A stretch of 32,000 nt of DNA from an uncultured Chromatiales bacterium (GCA_963922335.1 CAWUIB010000002.1:303198-335197); one strand, 5' to 3'; shown: positions 1-8,767, numbered from the stretch's first letter. Notes: generated by a model not told the origin, from the sequence alone. Numbers and translations: made by a program.

Positions 1-80
1 GCCAGCTTTCCTGCTTCGACATTCCACCCATCCAGCGCTGCTGTCGCGGTAAGAATGTCCTGTTCGTCCATTGCGCTCAT
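1..80 (-). CDS. 5' end (26 codons) of a probable pterin-4a-carbinolamine dehydratase (PCD/DCoH)-like protein; continues beyond the left edge
   Basis: My translation of the reverse complement of 1-80 is MSAMDEQDILTATAALDGWNVEAGKL.... The ATG at 80..78 overlaps the TGA (79..77) of the upstream DUF3291 gene (ATGA). The L..L.GW.....KL N-terminus resembles PCD-family proteins. Only 26 aa are visible. Confidence 0.35.
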   Translation of the reverse strand, partial: MSAMDEQDILTATAALDGWNVEAGKL

Positions 81-532
81 GCCTCGGTCTCCTGTCGCCG
101 GCCCTGTGAAAAACCGAACGCCACATCGCCCGGCCCGTTGAGTGTAAGCCATTCCAATCGGTGCTGAGCCTCTGTGATTGTCGGACGGGTGTCCGGAGCC
201 ACCCACCAGAGCGCTTTGTTAGCGCCGGAACGGGGTAGGAACCAAGATGCCCTTTGGCGCAGGTACTCGCCGTGAGCCGAGCGATACACAAACGCTTCCA
301 AAGCCTGCACACTCTCCCAGACAGAAAGTGCGATCACCAAACCGGGTTCGCCGAATAACACTTCGGCTTTGGCCTCCTCATCGGCGTCGTCCAATCGCCA
401 CACAAATCCGGGTGACGCCTCAGCTAAAGCGTTGATGGCAGCAACTCCGTCGAAAAACGGCTGGATTCTCGCATCGCCCCGGGGAAACCTCGGCGTTGCG
501 ACATTCACGCGTGCAACGAATTTTTCGTTCAT
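77..532 (-). CDS. DUF3291 domain-containing protein (151 aa)
   Basis: ORF track. The motifs INALAEASPGFVWRL, SVWESVQALEAFVYRSAH and LWWV match my memory of the DUF3291 consensus. No strong SD. Confidence 0.75.
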   Translation of the reverse strand: MNEKFVARVNVATPRFPRGDARIQPFFDGVAAINALAEASPGFVWRLDDADEEAKAEVLFGEPGLVIALSVWESVQALEAFVYRSAHGEYLRQRASWFLPRSGANKALWWVAPDTRPTITEAQHRLEWLTLNGPGDVAFGFSQGRRQETEA

Positions 533-619
533 GGATTGCGGCCCGGTACGTTGACTTGGAAGGCCGAACTCGGCATGGTCGTAAGTGTGCGATTTTTACC
601 GTAGTAATGCGAGGAGTGT

Positions 620-1141
620 TTGGTGAAAAGAACGAAAATCATAAGCGGCGTAATTGCAGCAGCATCTATCATGTTCAGTGGCGCGGCTATCGCGCAAGAC
701 AAGGCGCCGGGATCGGGACCTAACCCCTACGTGGACTGTGGCATCGGTGCTGCGCTTTTTCCTAACACCCATTGGGCAGCGGTAACGTCAAACGTCATCT
801 GGGATATCGGTACAACAGCCGTGATCTCAGCGACGGCGAGCCCCGAGACCTGTCAGGGCAAGAGCGCTCAGGCTGCACAGTACATTCTTGATGTTTATGA
901 CCACGTGGTCGAAGACACCGCACGCGGAGAGGGCGAACACCTGACGGCGCTCCTGCAGATTTATGGGTGCGAAACTCAGTCCCACGAGGTGATCACCGAC
1001 GCGGTACGAGAGGGTTTCGCTCCAATGATTGCCGACGAGGAATACGACTCGCTGAGCCCGGTGCAAAAAGCTGAGCAGCTGTTCAAGATCGTCGACAGTG
1101 AAGTCTCCGTAGAGCAAGCGACTAGCTGCAACGCGGCCTGA
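620..1141 (+). CDS. Secreted small protein, DUF3015-like (173 aa)
   Basis: Sec signal peptide MVKRTKIISGVIAAASIMFSGAAIA|QD. The mature part has CGIGAALF, a conserved Cys and a ...DTARGEGEHLTALLQIYG... block reminiscent of DUF3015. GAGGAG at 611-616 favours the GTG at 623 over the track's TTG at 620. Confidence 0.7.
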   Translation: MVKRTKIISGVIAAASIMFSGAAIAQDKAPGSGPNPYVDCGIGAALFPNTHWAAVTSNVIWDIGTTAVISATASPETCQGKSAQAAQYILDVYDHVVEDTARGEGEHLTALLQIYGCETQSHEVITDAVREGFAPMIADEEYDSLSPVQKAEQLFKIVDSEVSVEQATSCNAA

Positions 1142-1163
1142 TAAGCACTGTTACCAACCTAGA

Positions 1164-1200
1164 GGCGGTCGAGCACCTTCGGGAGCTCGGCCGCCTTTTT
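1164..1200 (+). terminator. Rho-independent terminator after the DUF3015-like gene
   Basis: An 11-bp stem, GGCGGTCGAGC (1164-1174) paired with GCTCGGCCGCC (1185-1195), is followed by TTTTT (1196-1200). The single non-Watson-Crick pair is U.G on the plus strand and A.C on the minus strand, so the structure is plus-strand specific. Confidence 0.75.
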
Positions 1201-1216
1201 GGTCGAGGAATGCGCC

Positions 1217-3055
1217 TTGCGCAAGATTGTTCTGCTGCTGATCGCTATAGGCCTGTTTCAAGGCAGCGCGCGTGCACAATCGCCCACACTGGACGCTCTG
1301 GCCGCTAGCCCAAGCTGGCAGCGGCTGCTGCATGTTGAAGACGGCAAAAGCGCTATACATGCCGACACCTTTTTCCTGGCTGAGAATGGTCGCTATGACC
1401 CTCGAGCTGAGTTACGCGCGACCATCGATGCAATGCGTGCGGCATCAGAAGCGGGCGGCGATGATGACCCGCGTTGTCGTTTCCCAGCCAGGCACCTGTG
1501 GTTGGTCGGGCAAGGAGTATCGCTCCCGCCCCGACCGGCATGCCCCGCCTTCGATGACTGGGTCTATGGCGCTGAAACCGAATCCATCAGCATCGTCTTT
1601 GCGACAGGCTATCTCGGAAATCCGGCCTCTTTCTATGGCCACACACTCCTCAAATTCAATGCCGATGAGAACGTCAGCCGTTCCGACCTGCTGGACGTGA
1701 CCGTGAACTACGGTGCTGTGATTCCACCCGGCACCGGTCCTTTGGAGTACATCGTCAAAGGTGCGATTGGCGGGTTCGATGCCGGCTTCAGCCACATTCA
1801 GTATTACTACCATGAGCACGCCTACGGTGATCTGGAGCTGCGTGATCTTTGGGAATATGAACTCAATCTTGCGCCCGCTGAGGTGGAGTTCATTGTCGCT
1901 CACGCGTGGGAGGTGCTCGGCAAGGAGTACACCTATTATTTCTTCCGGCGCAACTGTGCCTTTCGCATGGCTGAGATATTGGAGTTATTGCCGGAGTTTT
2001 CGATAATTCCAGAACATCGGCCTTGGACCATTCCACAGGCGCTGGTGCTCAACGCAGCGGCATCGACGCGCAATGATCAACCATTGGTGCGCTCGGTCAC
2101 CTATCATCCATCGCGGCAATCAACGTTTAACGCCCGTTTTCGTGAATTAAGCACGCCGCAAAGACGCGCGCTTACGACCTTCATCAACTTGCGCGGCGAC
2201 CAAGGGATTGCCGCTATTTCGGCGCTACCTGTAGAAGACCAACATGCCGTACTGGACGCACTAATCGACTACCTGCAGTTCCGGCTTCCGGAAAACCCTC
2301 CCGTAGACGATCCGGATGCAGCGGCTTACCGCGCGGTGCTTGCGTATCGATTCACTCTGCCTCGCAGTGCAGAACGTTCACCACCAGCACCGGACAACGA
2401 TCCCTCGCAGGATCGAGACCCCGGTTACCTGTCCGCCGCCGCGACCTACCAATCGGACCTCGGTGCAGGGCTACAGCTGCGTTGGCGCGCAGCCTACTAC
2501 GACCCGTTGGACACAACACCCTCTCAGAACCCCAACTCAGAGTTGACCATGGGGGATGTAATCGTCGGTGTGAGCGACGGTGATATTGATCTTCAGCGTG
2601 CACAGCTGTTCCGTGTCGAGTCGGTGAACAGCGGTTTGTCCGGATTACCAGGCGACCGAGGCAAATCGTGGCGACTGGCACTCGGGCTGCAGCGTCAGGA
2701 CGTTGCCTGCACGCAATGCGCCGTCGCAAGATTCGAGGGGGACATCGGCGCTTCGCGCTGGCTGTCGGACACGTTTATTGCAGGCGTCTATGCAGGTGGC
2801 GCCATTCAGGACAACCAGAACCGGAATGGCAACGCATTCGTCAGGGCGCGCGTGTACGCCAACTGGCACGGTCCGAACGGCGTAAAATTGCGCGCAGTCT
2901 ACGAGCACCGACAGCATCTCGACGGTCGACTCGAGGGGCAGGACCTGTTCAGCGTAGAGGCACGAGCACCGCTTGGGCGCAATTTCGACTTTCGGCTTGG
3001 TGTCACCAAAAACGTCGAAACCGAAACGATGATCAGTTTTGGACGCTACTGGTAG
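1217..3055 (+). CDS. Secreted DUF4105 (Lnb N-terminal periplasmic domain-like) protein with a beta-rich C-terminal domain (~612 aa)
   Basis: The track ORF is 1199..3055. Its TTG at 1199 lies inside the upstream terminator T-tract. The in-frame TTG at 1217 has GAGGA 8 nt upstream and gives MRKIVLLLIAIGLFQGSARA|Q as a signal peptide. The motifs W.RLLH, DPRCRFPARHLWL, FYGHTLLKF and YYFFRRNCAFRMAE are DUF4105 hallmarks as I remember them. The protein ends ...MISFGRYW. Confidence 0.8.
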   Translation: MRKIVLLLIAIGLFQGSARAQSPTLDALAASPSWQRLLHVEDGKSAIHADTFFLAENGRYDPRAELRATIDAMRAASEAGGDDDPRCRFPARHLWLVGQGVSLPPRPACPAFDDWVYGAETESISIVFATGYLGNPASFYGHTLLKFNADENVSRSDLLDVTVNYGAVIPPGTGPLEYIVKGAIGGFDAGFSHIQYYYHEHAYGDLELRDLWEYELNLAPAEVEFIVAHAWEVLGKEYTYYFFRRNCAFRMAEILELLPEFSIIPEHRPWTIPQALVLNAAASTRNDQPLVRSVTYHPSRQSTFNARFRELSTPQRRALTTFINLRGDQGIAAISALPVEDQHAVLDALIDYLQFRLPENPPVDDPDAAAYRAVLAYRFTLPRSAERSPPAPDNDPSQDRDPGYLSAAATYQSDLGAGLQLRWRAAYYDPLDTTPSQNPNSELTMGDVIVGVSDGDIDLQRAQLFRVESVNSGLSGLPGDRGKSWRLALGLQRQDVACTQCAVARFEGDIGASRWLSDTFIAGVYAGGAIQDNQNRNGNAFVRARVYANWHGPNGVKLRAVYEHRQHLDGRLEGQDLFSVEARAPLGRNFDFRLGVTKNVETETMISFGRYW

Positions 3056-3065
3056 CGGGATTCAA

Positions 3066-3914
3066 TCACGACTCGCTGTGTTTTTGCGTTGCCGCCCGCG
3101 CTTTGTAGAACGCCTTTGCTTTCCTGCCTTTGCGCTCCAGCAACGGACGCAGCGCTCTCTTCACCCAAGGGAACTGATACCCTACGTCTCCCAACAGACC
3201 GCTGATCCAGGGCATCTTGACTTCGACTTTCTCTCCAGACGCGACGGTCAACACCGCGTCTGCGACCTCTTGTGAAGTGCTCATGGGTTGCGAGAACGTC
3301 AGGTCCGTCACACCATCGATATCCGTCATGATGAAGCCCGTATCAATTGGACCAGGCGATACCGCACCGATATGAACATTGGTGCCTCGTAACTCCTCTG
3401 CCAATGCCAGCGTGAAGGCACGCAAGCCGAACTTCGTAGCGCTATAGGTCGCTGAACCAGGCACCGGAGTGACACCGGCGATTGAGGCCACATTCACCAC
3501 AGCACCACCGCCACACTCGGCAATTACGTCTAGCACCATGCGCGTCAGCACGAGAGGTGCTCGCAAGTTAACGTCCACCATTTGCGCAATTTGCTCGGCA
3601 TCGACTGTTTCAAAGTTACCGCGGTGATGCGCGCCGGCATTGTTAATCAAGTAATGCACGCTCCCAAATTCCTGTTGGGTTCGCTTGATCAAATCGCGAC
3701 AAGCCGCTGCGTCCGAGACATCCATCGCACAGGTCGCCACCTTGGTAATCGGCTCAAGCGTCGCGGCAAAGGCCTGCAGAGCTTCCTTACCGCGAGCCAC
3801 CAACATCAAGCGAGCACCTGACGCTGCAAATGCTCTTGCGACATCAGCACCGACACCTGCTGAAGCGCCGGTGACGATCACTGTTTTGCCATCAAATCTA
3901 CGACCCAAAGTCAT
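3066..3914 (-). CDS. Classical short-chain dehydrogenase/reductase (SDR) family oxidoreductase (282 aa)
   Basis: TGASAGVG (TGxxxGxG), NNAG, a Ser in VASIAG, and YSATK (YxxxK). I chose the ATG at 3914..3912, which has GGGGGAGGG just upstream (MTLGRRFDGKTVIVTG...). The track's 360-aa version adds a Cys-rich, non-SDR extension. The C-terminal tail is basic. Confidence 0.9.
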   Translation of the reverse strand: MTLGRRFDGKTVIVTGASAGVGADVARAFAASGARLMLVARGKEALQAFAATLEPITKVATCAMDVSDAAACRDLIKRTQQEFGSVHYLINNAGAHHRGNFETVDAEQIAQMVDVNLRAPLVLTRMVLDVIAECGGGAVVNVASIAGVTPVPGSATYSATKFGLRAFTLALAEELRGTNVHIGAVSPGPIDTGFIMTDIDGVTDLTFSQPMSTSQEVADAVLTVASGEKVEVKMPWISGLLGDVGYQFPWVKRALRPLLERKGRKAKAFYKARAATQKHSES

Positions 3915-4035
3915 GGACTGCCCTCCCCCAATCTTGGTGCGCAACAGTATAGCGAGACCGAGACCTGCGCAGTCAGCACAATTCGATGTATAGTTGCATG
4001 AGTTATGTAAGGGGGTATGCCCGGGGAGTCCACGA

Positions 4036-4554
4036 ATGACCAAAGCGTTAGACGCACAACACAGCACCTTCGAGAAAGCCAAGAAGGAACTGATCACCGC
4101 GGCGACGCGGGCCACTAAAGCTCTGGACAGGGAGCGCGCGAAGCTCACTCGTCAGATCAAATCGTCGAGCAATCGTGCGAAGAAAGCTGGCGAACAGATC
4201 GCCAAGAAGACCGAGCGGTTAGGTAAAGCGACGTCTGCGAAAGTGAAGCGCGAGCTGCGCGCGCAGATCCGCAAGCTCGAGAAACTCAAGGATACAGCTG
4301 CTGATGAGGCTAAAGAATCGCGCGCTCAGCTCAAGCTGGTTCGGGAAGACCTCGCCAGTGCTCGCGTTCACTTCAGACGTGCAACGAAGATCGACAAAGC
4401 GATGAGTGCGGTCGATCGGGAAATCAACAAGCTACTCGGCAAGAAGACCAAGAAGAAAGCGACGAAAAAGAAGGCCACCAAGAAAGTCGCCAAGAAAAAA
4501 GTAGCTAAGAAAAGGACGACAACCCGCAAGAAGCGCGTCACCAAGAAAAAGTGA
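4036..4554 (+). CDS. Lysine-rich coiled-coil protein with a histone-H1-like C-terminal tail (AlgP-like), 172 aa
   Basis: The ATG at 4036 has GGGGAG 7 nt upstream. The N-terminal ~140 aa is a K/R/E/A-rich helical region. The C-terminus is KKTKKKATKKKATKKVAKKKVAKKRTTTRKKRVTKKK. The architecture resembles Pseudomonas AlgP and other bacterial H1-like proteins. Confidence 0.7.
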   Translation: MTKALDAQHSTFEKAKKELITAATRATKALDRERAKLTRQIKSSSNRAKKAGEQIAKKTERLGKATSAKVKRELRAQIRKLEKLKDTAADEAKESRAQLKLVREDLASARVHFRRATKIDKAMSAVDREINKLLGKKTKKKATKKKATKKVAKKKVAKKRTTTRKKRVTKKK

Positions 4555-4576
4555 GCGCATCGAAGGTGTGAACGCA

Positions 4577-4605
4577 GAAAACCGGGCTTCAGGCCCGGTT
4601 TTTTT
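4577..4605 (+). terminator. Rho-independent terminator after the lysine-rich gene
   Basis: AAAA-CCGGGC (4581-4586), loop TTCAG, GCCCGG (4592-4597), then T8 (4598-4605). Confidence 0.85.
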
Positions 4606-4668
4606 TGCTCAAGTGCTGTAGTCAACGGTCGCTAACTTAACAAAGTAGTAAACCGTCGCGGAGCCTAC

Positions 4669-6171
4669 ATGTCGACCAAGGCCACAGCACTGCCTTCCAT
4701 GGAACATCAGCAAGCACTTGCTCTGGACTTGTTTCAGGACGCAGGGTTCGCTCAACTTGTCCTTAGGAGTATTCCGGACGTTTTTTTCGTCAAGGACGCC
4801 CAATACCGTCTGATTCTCGGCAATCCTGCACTGTTCTCGCTGTATCCGGATTCCATGCACGATCGGATTATCGGCTACACCACCGCAGAGGAGTACGACG
4901 AGGAACAAGCTGCCGCCTTTCTCGAAAACGACCGGATTGCGTTCGAAAAAGGTGAATCGGAAGTCTTCGAAACCCTCGATTTCCCCAATGGTAGGCGGGG
5001 CACCCTCTACACCCGGAAGATTCGATTTCACGACGCCGAGGGCAGACCTTACCTACTCGGCATCGCGCGTGAGGTTACGGATATTATTGAAAAACAAAAA
5101 GCACTCGAGGAGAGCGACGAGCGATACGAGCTCGCAGTACGAGGCCTGACCGTTGGCGTATGGGATTGGGATATCCCGAATGACACCATTTTGTGGTCTG
5201 CGCGCGCTCTGGAAGTCATCGGATTCTCGCCAAGCGGCGATGGTCCAACCTACGATCAGTTCTTCGAACTGGTGCACCCGGAAGATGTCACGACCGTCGT
5301 AGACGGGATCGAAAAACATCTTCAAGATCGAATCCCTTACGACGTCGAATACCGTATTCGTCGCCCAGATGGTGCTGTGCGATGGATTCGAGCGCGAGCG
5401 CAAGCGATTTGGAGTGAGAACAACGATCCGATTCGCATGACAGGATCATTAGAGGACGTCACCACTCGAAAGCGATCTGAGCTATTGCTGATCCAACAGA
5501 ACGAGCAGCTGAATGAGTTTGCGCATATTGCCTCCCATGACCTGAAGGCTCCTTTGCGAGGAATTAGTGCACATGTCGAAATGCTGCGAGAAGATCACGG
5601 AGCAGACCTCCCGGCCGAAGTGAACGTCCGTCTTGACCAGATGCAGAATCTTACACTGCGAATGGAGAGTCTGATTGTCGACTTACTGAAGCTCGCGAAA
5701 GTGGACCAGGGCGAGCGCTATGAAGTCGAGATTGATCTGAACAGCCTCGTCAGCAGCGCTGTAGAACTTATTCCTGAAGCAGAAACTGCTGATATCCAGA
5801 TCCAGGCGCTGCCGCACCTCGCGTGTGAACCTGTAGCGGTACGTGAGCTATTCAAGAACCTCATTCAAAACGCACTGAAGTACAACCATTCGAAGCAAAA
5901 ACGGATTGAAGTCTTCTGCACCAATCCGACCGCAGACACATCGATCGCCCGGATCATTGCCGTGCGCGACAACGGAATCGGCATTCCCAAGACCTACCAC
6001 GATACGGTGTTCAAAATCTTCAGGCGGCTGCACGCCAAAGAGGAATTTGGCGGTGGCACCGGAGCGGGCCTGACCTTCGTCAAACGCATCGTCGAGCGGC
6101 ATGGTGGGAAGATATGGATGGAGTCGGAGCCTGAGAAAGGCACAACCTTTTTCTTCACACTTTCGGTCTGA
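4669..6171 (+). CDS. Cytoplasmic PAS-PAS sensor histidine kinase (500 aa), no adjacent response regulator
   Basis: GGAG lies 5 nt upstream of the ATG. There are two PAS-like regions; the second has WDWDI...W.. and VHPEDV...YDVEYRIRRPDGAVRW. H-box is HIASHDLKAPLRGI. The HATPase_c motifs are N-box LIQNALKY, DNGIGIP and GGTGAGLTFVKRIVERHGG. No hydrophobic TM segment. Confidence 0.9.
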   Translation: MSTKATALPSMEHQQALALDLFQDAGFAQLVLRSIPDVFFVKDAQYRLILGNPALFSLYPDSMHDRIIGYTTAEEYDEEQAAAFLENDRIAFEKGESEVFETLDFPNGRRGTLYTRKIRFHDAEGRPYLLGIAREVTDIIEKQKALEESDERYELAVRGLTVGVWDWDIPNDTILWSARALEVIGFSPSGDGPTYDQFFELVHPEDVTTVVDGIEKHLQDRIPYDVEYRIRRPDGAVRWIRARAQAIWSENNDPIRMTGSLEDVTTRKRSELLLIQQNEQLNEFAHIASHDLKAPLRGISAHVEMLREDHGADLPAEVNVRLDQMQNLTLRMESLIVDLLKLAKVDQGERYEVEIDLNSLVSSAVELIPEAETADIQIQALPHLACEPVAVRELFKNLIQNALKYNHSKQKRIEVFCTNPTADTSIARIIAVRDNGIGIPKTYHDTVFKIFRRLHAKEEFGGGTGAGLTFVKRIVERHGGKIWMESEPEKGTTFFFTLSV

Positions 6172-6175
6172 CCAA

Positions 6176-6205
6176 AGAAAAAGGCCGGGCAAAGCCCGGC
6201 CTTTC
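6176..6205. terminator. Bidirectional hairpin terminator between the convergent histidine kinase gene and rplQ
   Basis: An 8-bp GC stem, GGCCGGGC (6183-6190) with GCCCGGCC (6194-6201), has loop AAA. The minus-strand tail is TTTTTCTTT (strong, serving rplQ). The plus-strand tail is only TTT (weaker, serving the kinase). Confidence 0.8.
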
Positions 6206-6230
6206 AACTCGTACAGCCCCAAGCCTTGCG

Positions 6231-6617
6231 CTAGGCGTCCGCTGACTCCTGAGTCGGCTCAGGTTGATCCAGCAACTGCACCATGGCCATCGGCGCAGCG
6301 TCTCCCGGACGGAAGCCCATTTTGAGGATGCGCAGGTAGCCTCCCGGACGCTCCTTGAAGCGCGGGCCAAGTTCAACGAAGAGCTTGCCTACCGCATCTT
6401 TGTCGCGCAGACGGTCAAAGGCCAAACGACGATGCGCTACGCTGTCTTCCTTGGCGGTCGTAATCAGTGGCTCGATGACACGACGCAGTTCCTTAGCCTT
6501 CGGCAAGGTCGTCTTGATGGTCTCGTGCTTGATCAATGATGCCGCCATGTTGCGGTACATCGCCTTGCGGTGCGAGCTGTTGCGATTGAGCTTACGCCCT
6601 GATTTCTTGTGTCGCAT
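6231..6617 (-). CDS. rplQ: 50S ribosomal protein L17
   Basis: 128 aa. [25 protein letters not shown] is the canonical L17 N-terminus. Last gene of the alpha operon. Confidence 0.97.
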   Translation of the reverse strand: MRHKKSGRKLNRNSSHRKAMYRNMAASLIKHETIKTTLPKAKELRRVIEPLITTAKEDSVAHRRLAFDRLRDKDAVGKLFVELGPRFKERPGGYLRILKMGFRPGDAAPMAMVQLLDQPEPTQESADA

Positions 6618-6662
6618 GACGCTTAATCCTGCTGATACTGTTTAAGGCTGTTGCCTCGAAGA

Positions 6663-7664
6663 TTAGGAACCGAGCAGCGTGCGATCGCTGCGCAGGCTTG
6701 CCGGCGGCCAGTTATCGACCTGCAGTCCAAGACCCAGCCCGTGGCTTTCCAGAACTTCTTTGATTTCCGTAAGTGATTTCTTGCCGAGGTTTGGCGTGCG
6801 GAGCAGCTCTACCTCTGTGCGTTGCACGAGATCACCAATGTAGTTGATGCTTTCCGCTTTCAAGCAGTTAGCCGAACGCACGGTCAACTCTAGTTCGTCC
6901 ACCGGACGCAAAAGAATCGGATCGACCTGCGCTTCCGCAGAAGCAGCCGTGTTGTCTTCCTGACCCTGCAGGTCAACAAACACACTGAGCTGATCTTTAA
7001 GAATGCTGCCCGCTCGGCGAATCGCTTCTTCAGGATCGATCGTCCCGTTCGTCTCGATATCGATGAGCAATTTATCGAGGTCAGTGCGCTGCTCTACACG
7101 CGCCGCGTCGACGCTGTAGGTCACCCGTCGAATTGGGCTAAAAGAGGCGTCCAACTGCAAACGACCGATTGGGCCTGTTTGCTCCTCAAACGTCGCTCGC
7201 TTGGCCGCTGGACGATACCCACGACCGCGTTCAACACGAAGCATCATTCGCAGTTCGCCATCTTTGGTCAAAGTGGCAATGACGTGATCCGGATTGGCGA
7301 CTTCAACGTCATGGTCGGTCTGGATATCACCAGCAGTGACGGGTCCCGGACCTTGTTTGACGATAGTGAGCTCAGCACTCTCACGACCGTGCATGGTCAG
7401 AGCAACCTGTTTCAGGTTCAGGAGGATGTCGACAACATCTTCCTGCACGCCTTCGACGCTGGTGTACTCATGCAGTACGCCTTCGATTTCCGCTTCGACG
7501 ATCGCCGCACCCGGCATCGAGGAAAGCAAAATTCGGCGCAGTGCATTACCCAGCGTGTGGCCGAAACCGCGCTCAAACGGCTCAATCGTCACACGCGCTT
7601 GCGTGTCATCGATCGGCGTTACTTTTACAACGCGTGGCTTCAGAAATTCATTGGTAGATTCCAT
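6663..7664 (-). CDS. rpoA: DNA-directed RNA polymerase subunit alpha
   Basis: 333 aa. Has [23 protein letters not shown] and the C-terminal domain segment [22 protein letters not shown]. Confidence 0.98.
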   Translation of the reverse strand: MESTNEFLKPRVVKVTPIDDTQARVTIEPFERGFGHTLGNALRRILLSSMPGAAIVEAEIEGVLHEYTSVEGVQEDVVDILLNLKQVALTMHGRESAELTIVKQGPGPVTAGDIQTDHDVEVANPDHVIATLTKDGELRMMLRVERGRGYRPAAKRATFEEQTGPIGRLQLDASFSPIRRVTYSVDAARVEQRTDLDKLLIDIETNGTIDPEEAIRRAGSILKDQLSVFVDLQGQEDNTAASAEAQVDPILLRPVDELELTVRSANCLKAESINYIGDLVQRTEVELLRTPNLGKKSLTEIKEVLESHGLGLGLQVDNWPPASLRSDRTLLGS

Positions 7665-7720
7665 CAGAACCTTTACCTCTCTGTCTCGTAACTGTGATGT
7701 GGCCTGCTGCGAAGTCTCTA

Positions 7721-8341
7721 TTACTTCGAGTACAGCTCCACCACGAGGTTTTCGTTGATGTCGGGGAGGATATCTTCACGCTCTGGCAGAGCCTTCAGCG
7801 TGCCGACCATCTTGTCCGCGTCGACTTCAACCCACTCCGGGAACCCGATTTGACCGGCGATTTCCAGAGATGATTTGATCCGCAGCTGCTTCTTCGCTTT
7901 CTCGCGAACAGACACAACGTCACCACCATCAACCTGGTAGGACGGGATGTTCACGATGCTGCCGTTAACCTCGATGCCCTTGTGGCTCACGAGCTGACGT
8001 GCTTCTGCGCGCGTGGAGGCGAAGCCCATTCGGTACACCGTGTTATCAAGGCGTCCTTCGAGCAACTGCAACAGGTTCTCACCGGTTGAGCCTTTCCGTT
8101 GTGCCGCCTTCTTGTAGTAATTACGGAACTGGCGCTCCAGTACGCCGTACATACGACGCAATTTCTGCTTCTCACGCAGCTGCAGGCCGTAGTCGGAGAT
8201 ACGCGGGCGTCGAGCCGGCGCACCACCGGGAGGTACTTCCAGTTTGCACTTAGACTCCAGCGGGCGAACACCACTCTTCAAGAAGAGATCAGTGCCCTCG
8301 CGACGGGAGAGCTTGCACTTGGGTCCAATATATCTTGCCAT
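7721..8341 (-). CDS. rpsD: 30S ribosomal protein S4
   Basis: 206 aa. Starts [23 protein letters not shown] and ends LVVELYSK. Confidence 0.98.
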   Translation of the reverse strand: MARYIGPKCKLSRREGTDLFLKSGVRPLESKCKLEVPPGGAPARRPRISDYGLQLREKQKLRRMYGVLERQFRNYYKKAAQRKGSTGENLLQLLEGRLDNTVYRMGFASTRAEARQLVSHKGIEVNGSIVNIPSYQVDGGDVVSVREKAKKQLRIKSSLEIAGQIGFPEWVEVDADKMVGTLKALPEREDILPDINENLVVELYSK

Positions 8342-8365
8342 CTTTCGTTCCTGTCCCTGTTCTCG

Positions 8366-8752
8366 CTAGACGCGGCGCCGCTTCGGCGGCCGGCAGCCGT
8401 TGTGCGGGATCGGTGTGACGTCGTTGATGTGTTGAATCTTGTAGCCGCAGCCGTTCAACGCGCGAACCGCAGACTCACGTCCCGGGCCCGGGCCCCAAAC
8501 GCGAACGTCAAGGTTCTTAAGCCCATATTCCTGTGCTGCACGTCCTGCCTTGTCAGCAGCGACCTGCGCTGCGAACGGCGTTGACTTACGCGAGCCGCGG
8601 AACCCACAGCCACCGGCGGTTGCCCACGACAAAGCATTGCCCTGGCGATCGGTGATCGTGATGATCGTATTGTTGAACGAGGCGTGGATGTGCGCGATGC
8701 CATCCTGAACCTGGCGTTTGATCTTCTTGCGAGAAGGTTTTGATTGAGCCAT
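8366..8752 (-). CDS. rpsK: 30S ribosomal protein S11
   Basis: 128 aa. Has [24 protein letters not shown] and [16 protein letters not shown]. Confidence 0.98.
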   Translation of the reverse strand: MAQSKPSRKKIKRQVQDGIAHIHASFNNTIITITDRQGNALSWATAGGCGFRGSRKSTPFAAQVAADKAGRAAQEYGLKNLDVRVWGPGPGRESAVRALNGCGYKIQHINDVTPIPHNGCRPPKRRRV

Positions 8753-8767
8753 TTGTTTCGTTCCTGA

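Noticed and set aside
533-619. TTGACT at 551-556 as the promoter of the DUF3015-like gene
   Set aside because: No acceptable -10 hexamer lies 16-19 nt downstream. AGTAAT at 603-608 is too far away and too close to the SD. I left it uncalled.
1199-1216. TTG start at 1199 for the DUF4105 gene
   Set aside because: That codon lies within the T-tract of the upstream terminator. The in-frame TTG at 1217 has a GAGGA SD and yields a textbook signal peptide.
3994-4035. 14-codon upstream extension (MHELCKGVCPGSPR) of the lysine-rich protein
   Set aside because: It has no SD, whereas the ATG at 4036 has GGGGAG 7 nt upstream. The composition of the extension is unlike the rest of the protein.
3915-4148. 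78-codon N-terminal extension of the SDR ORF (track start at 4148)
   Set aside because: The extension is Cys/Ser/Leu-rich and unlike any SDR. It would overlap the divergent lysine-rich gene. The ATG at 3914 has a strong GGGGGAGGG SD and places TGxxxGxG at the usual distance from the N-terminus.
4368-4625. 85-aa Phe/Leu-rich 'membrane-like' minus-strand ORF
   Set aside because: It is the reverse complement of the AAG/AAA-rich lysine tail (CTT and TTT codons), so its hydrophobicity is a complement artefact. It also spans the terminator hairpin.
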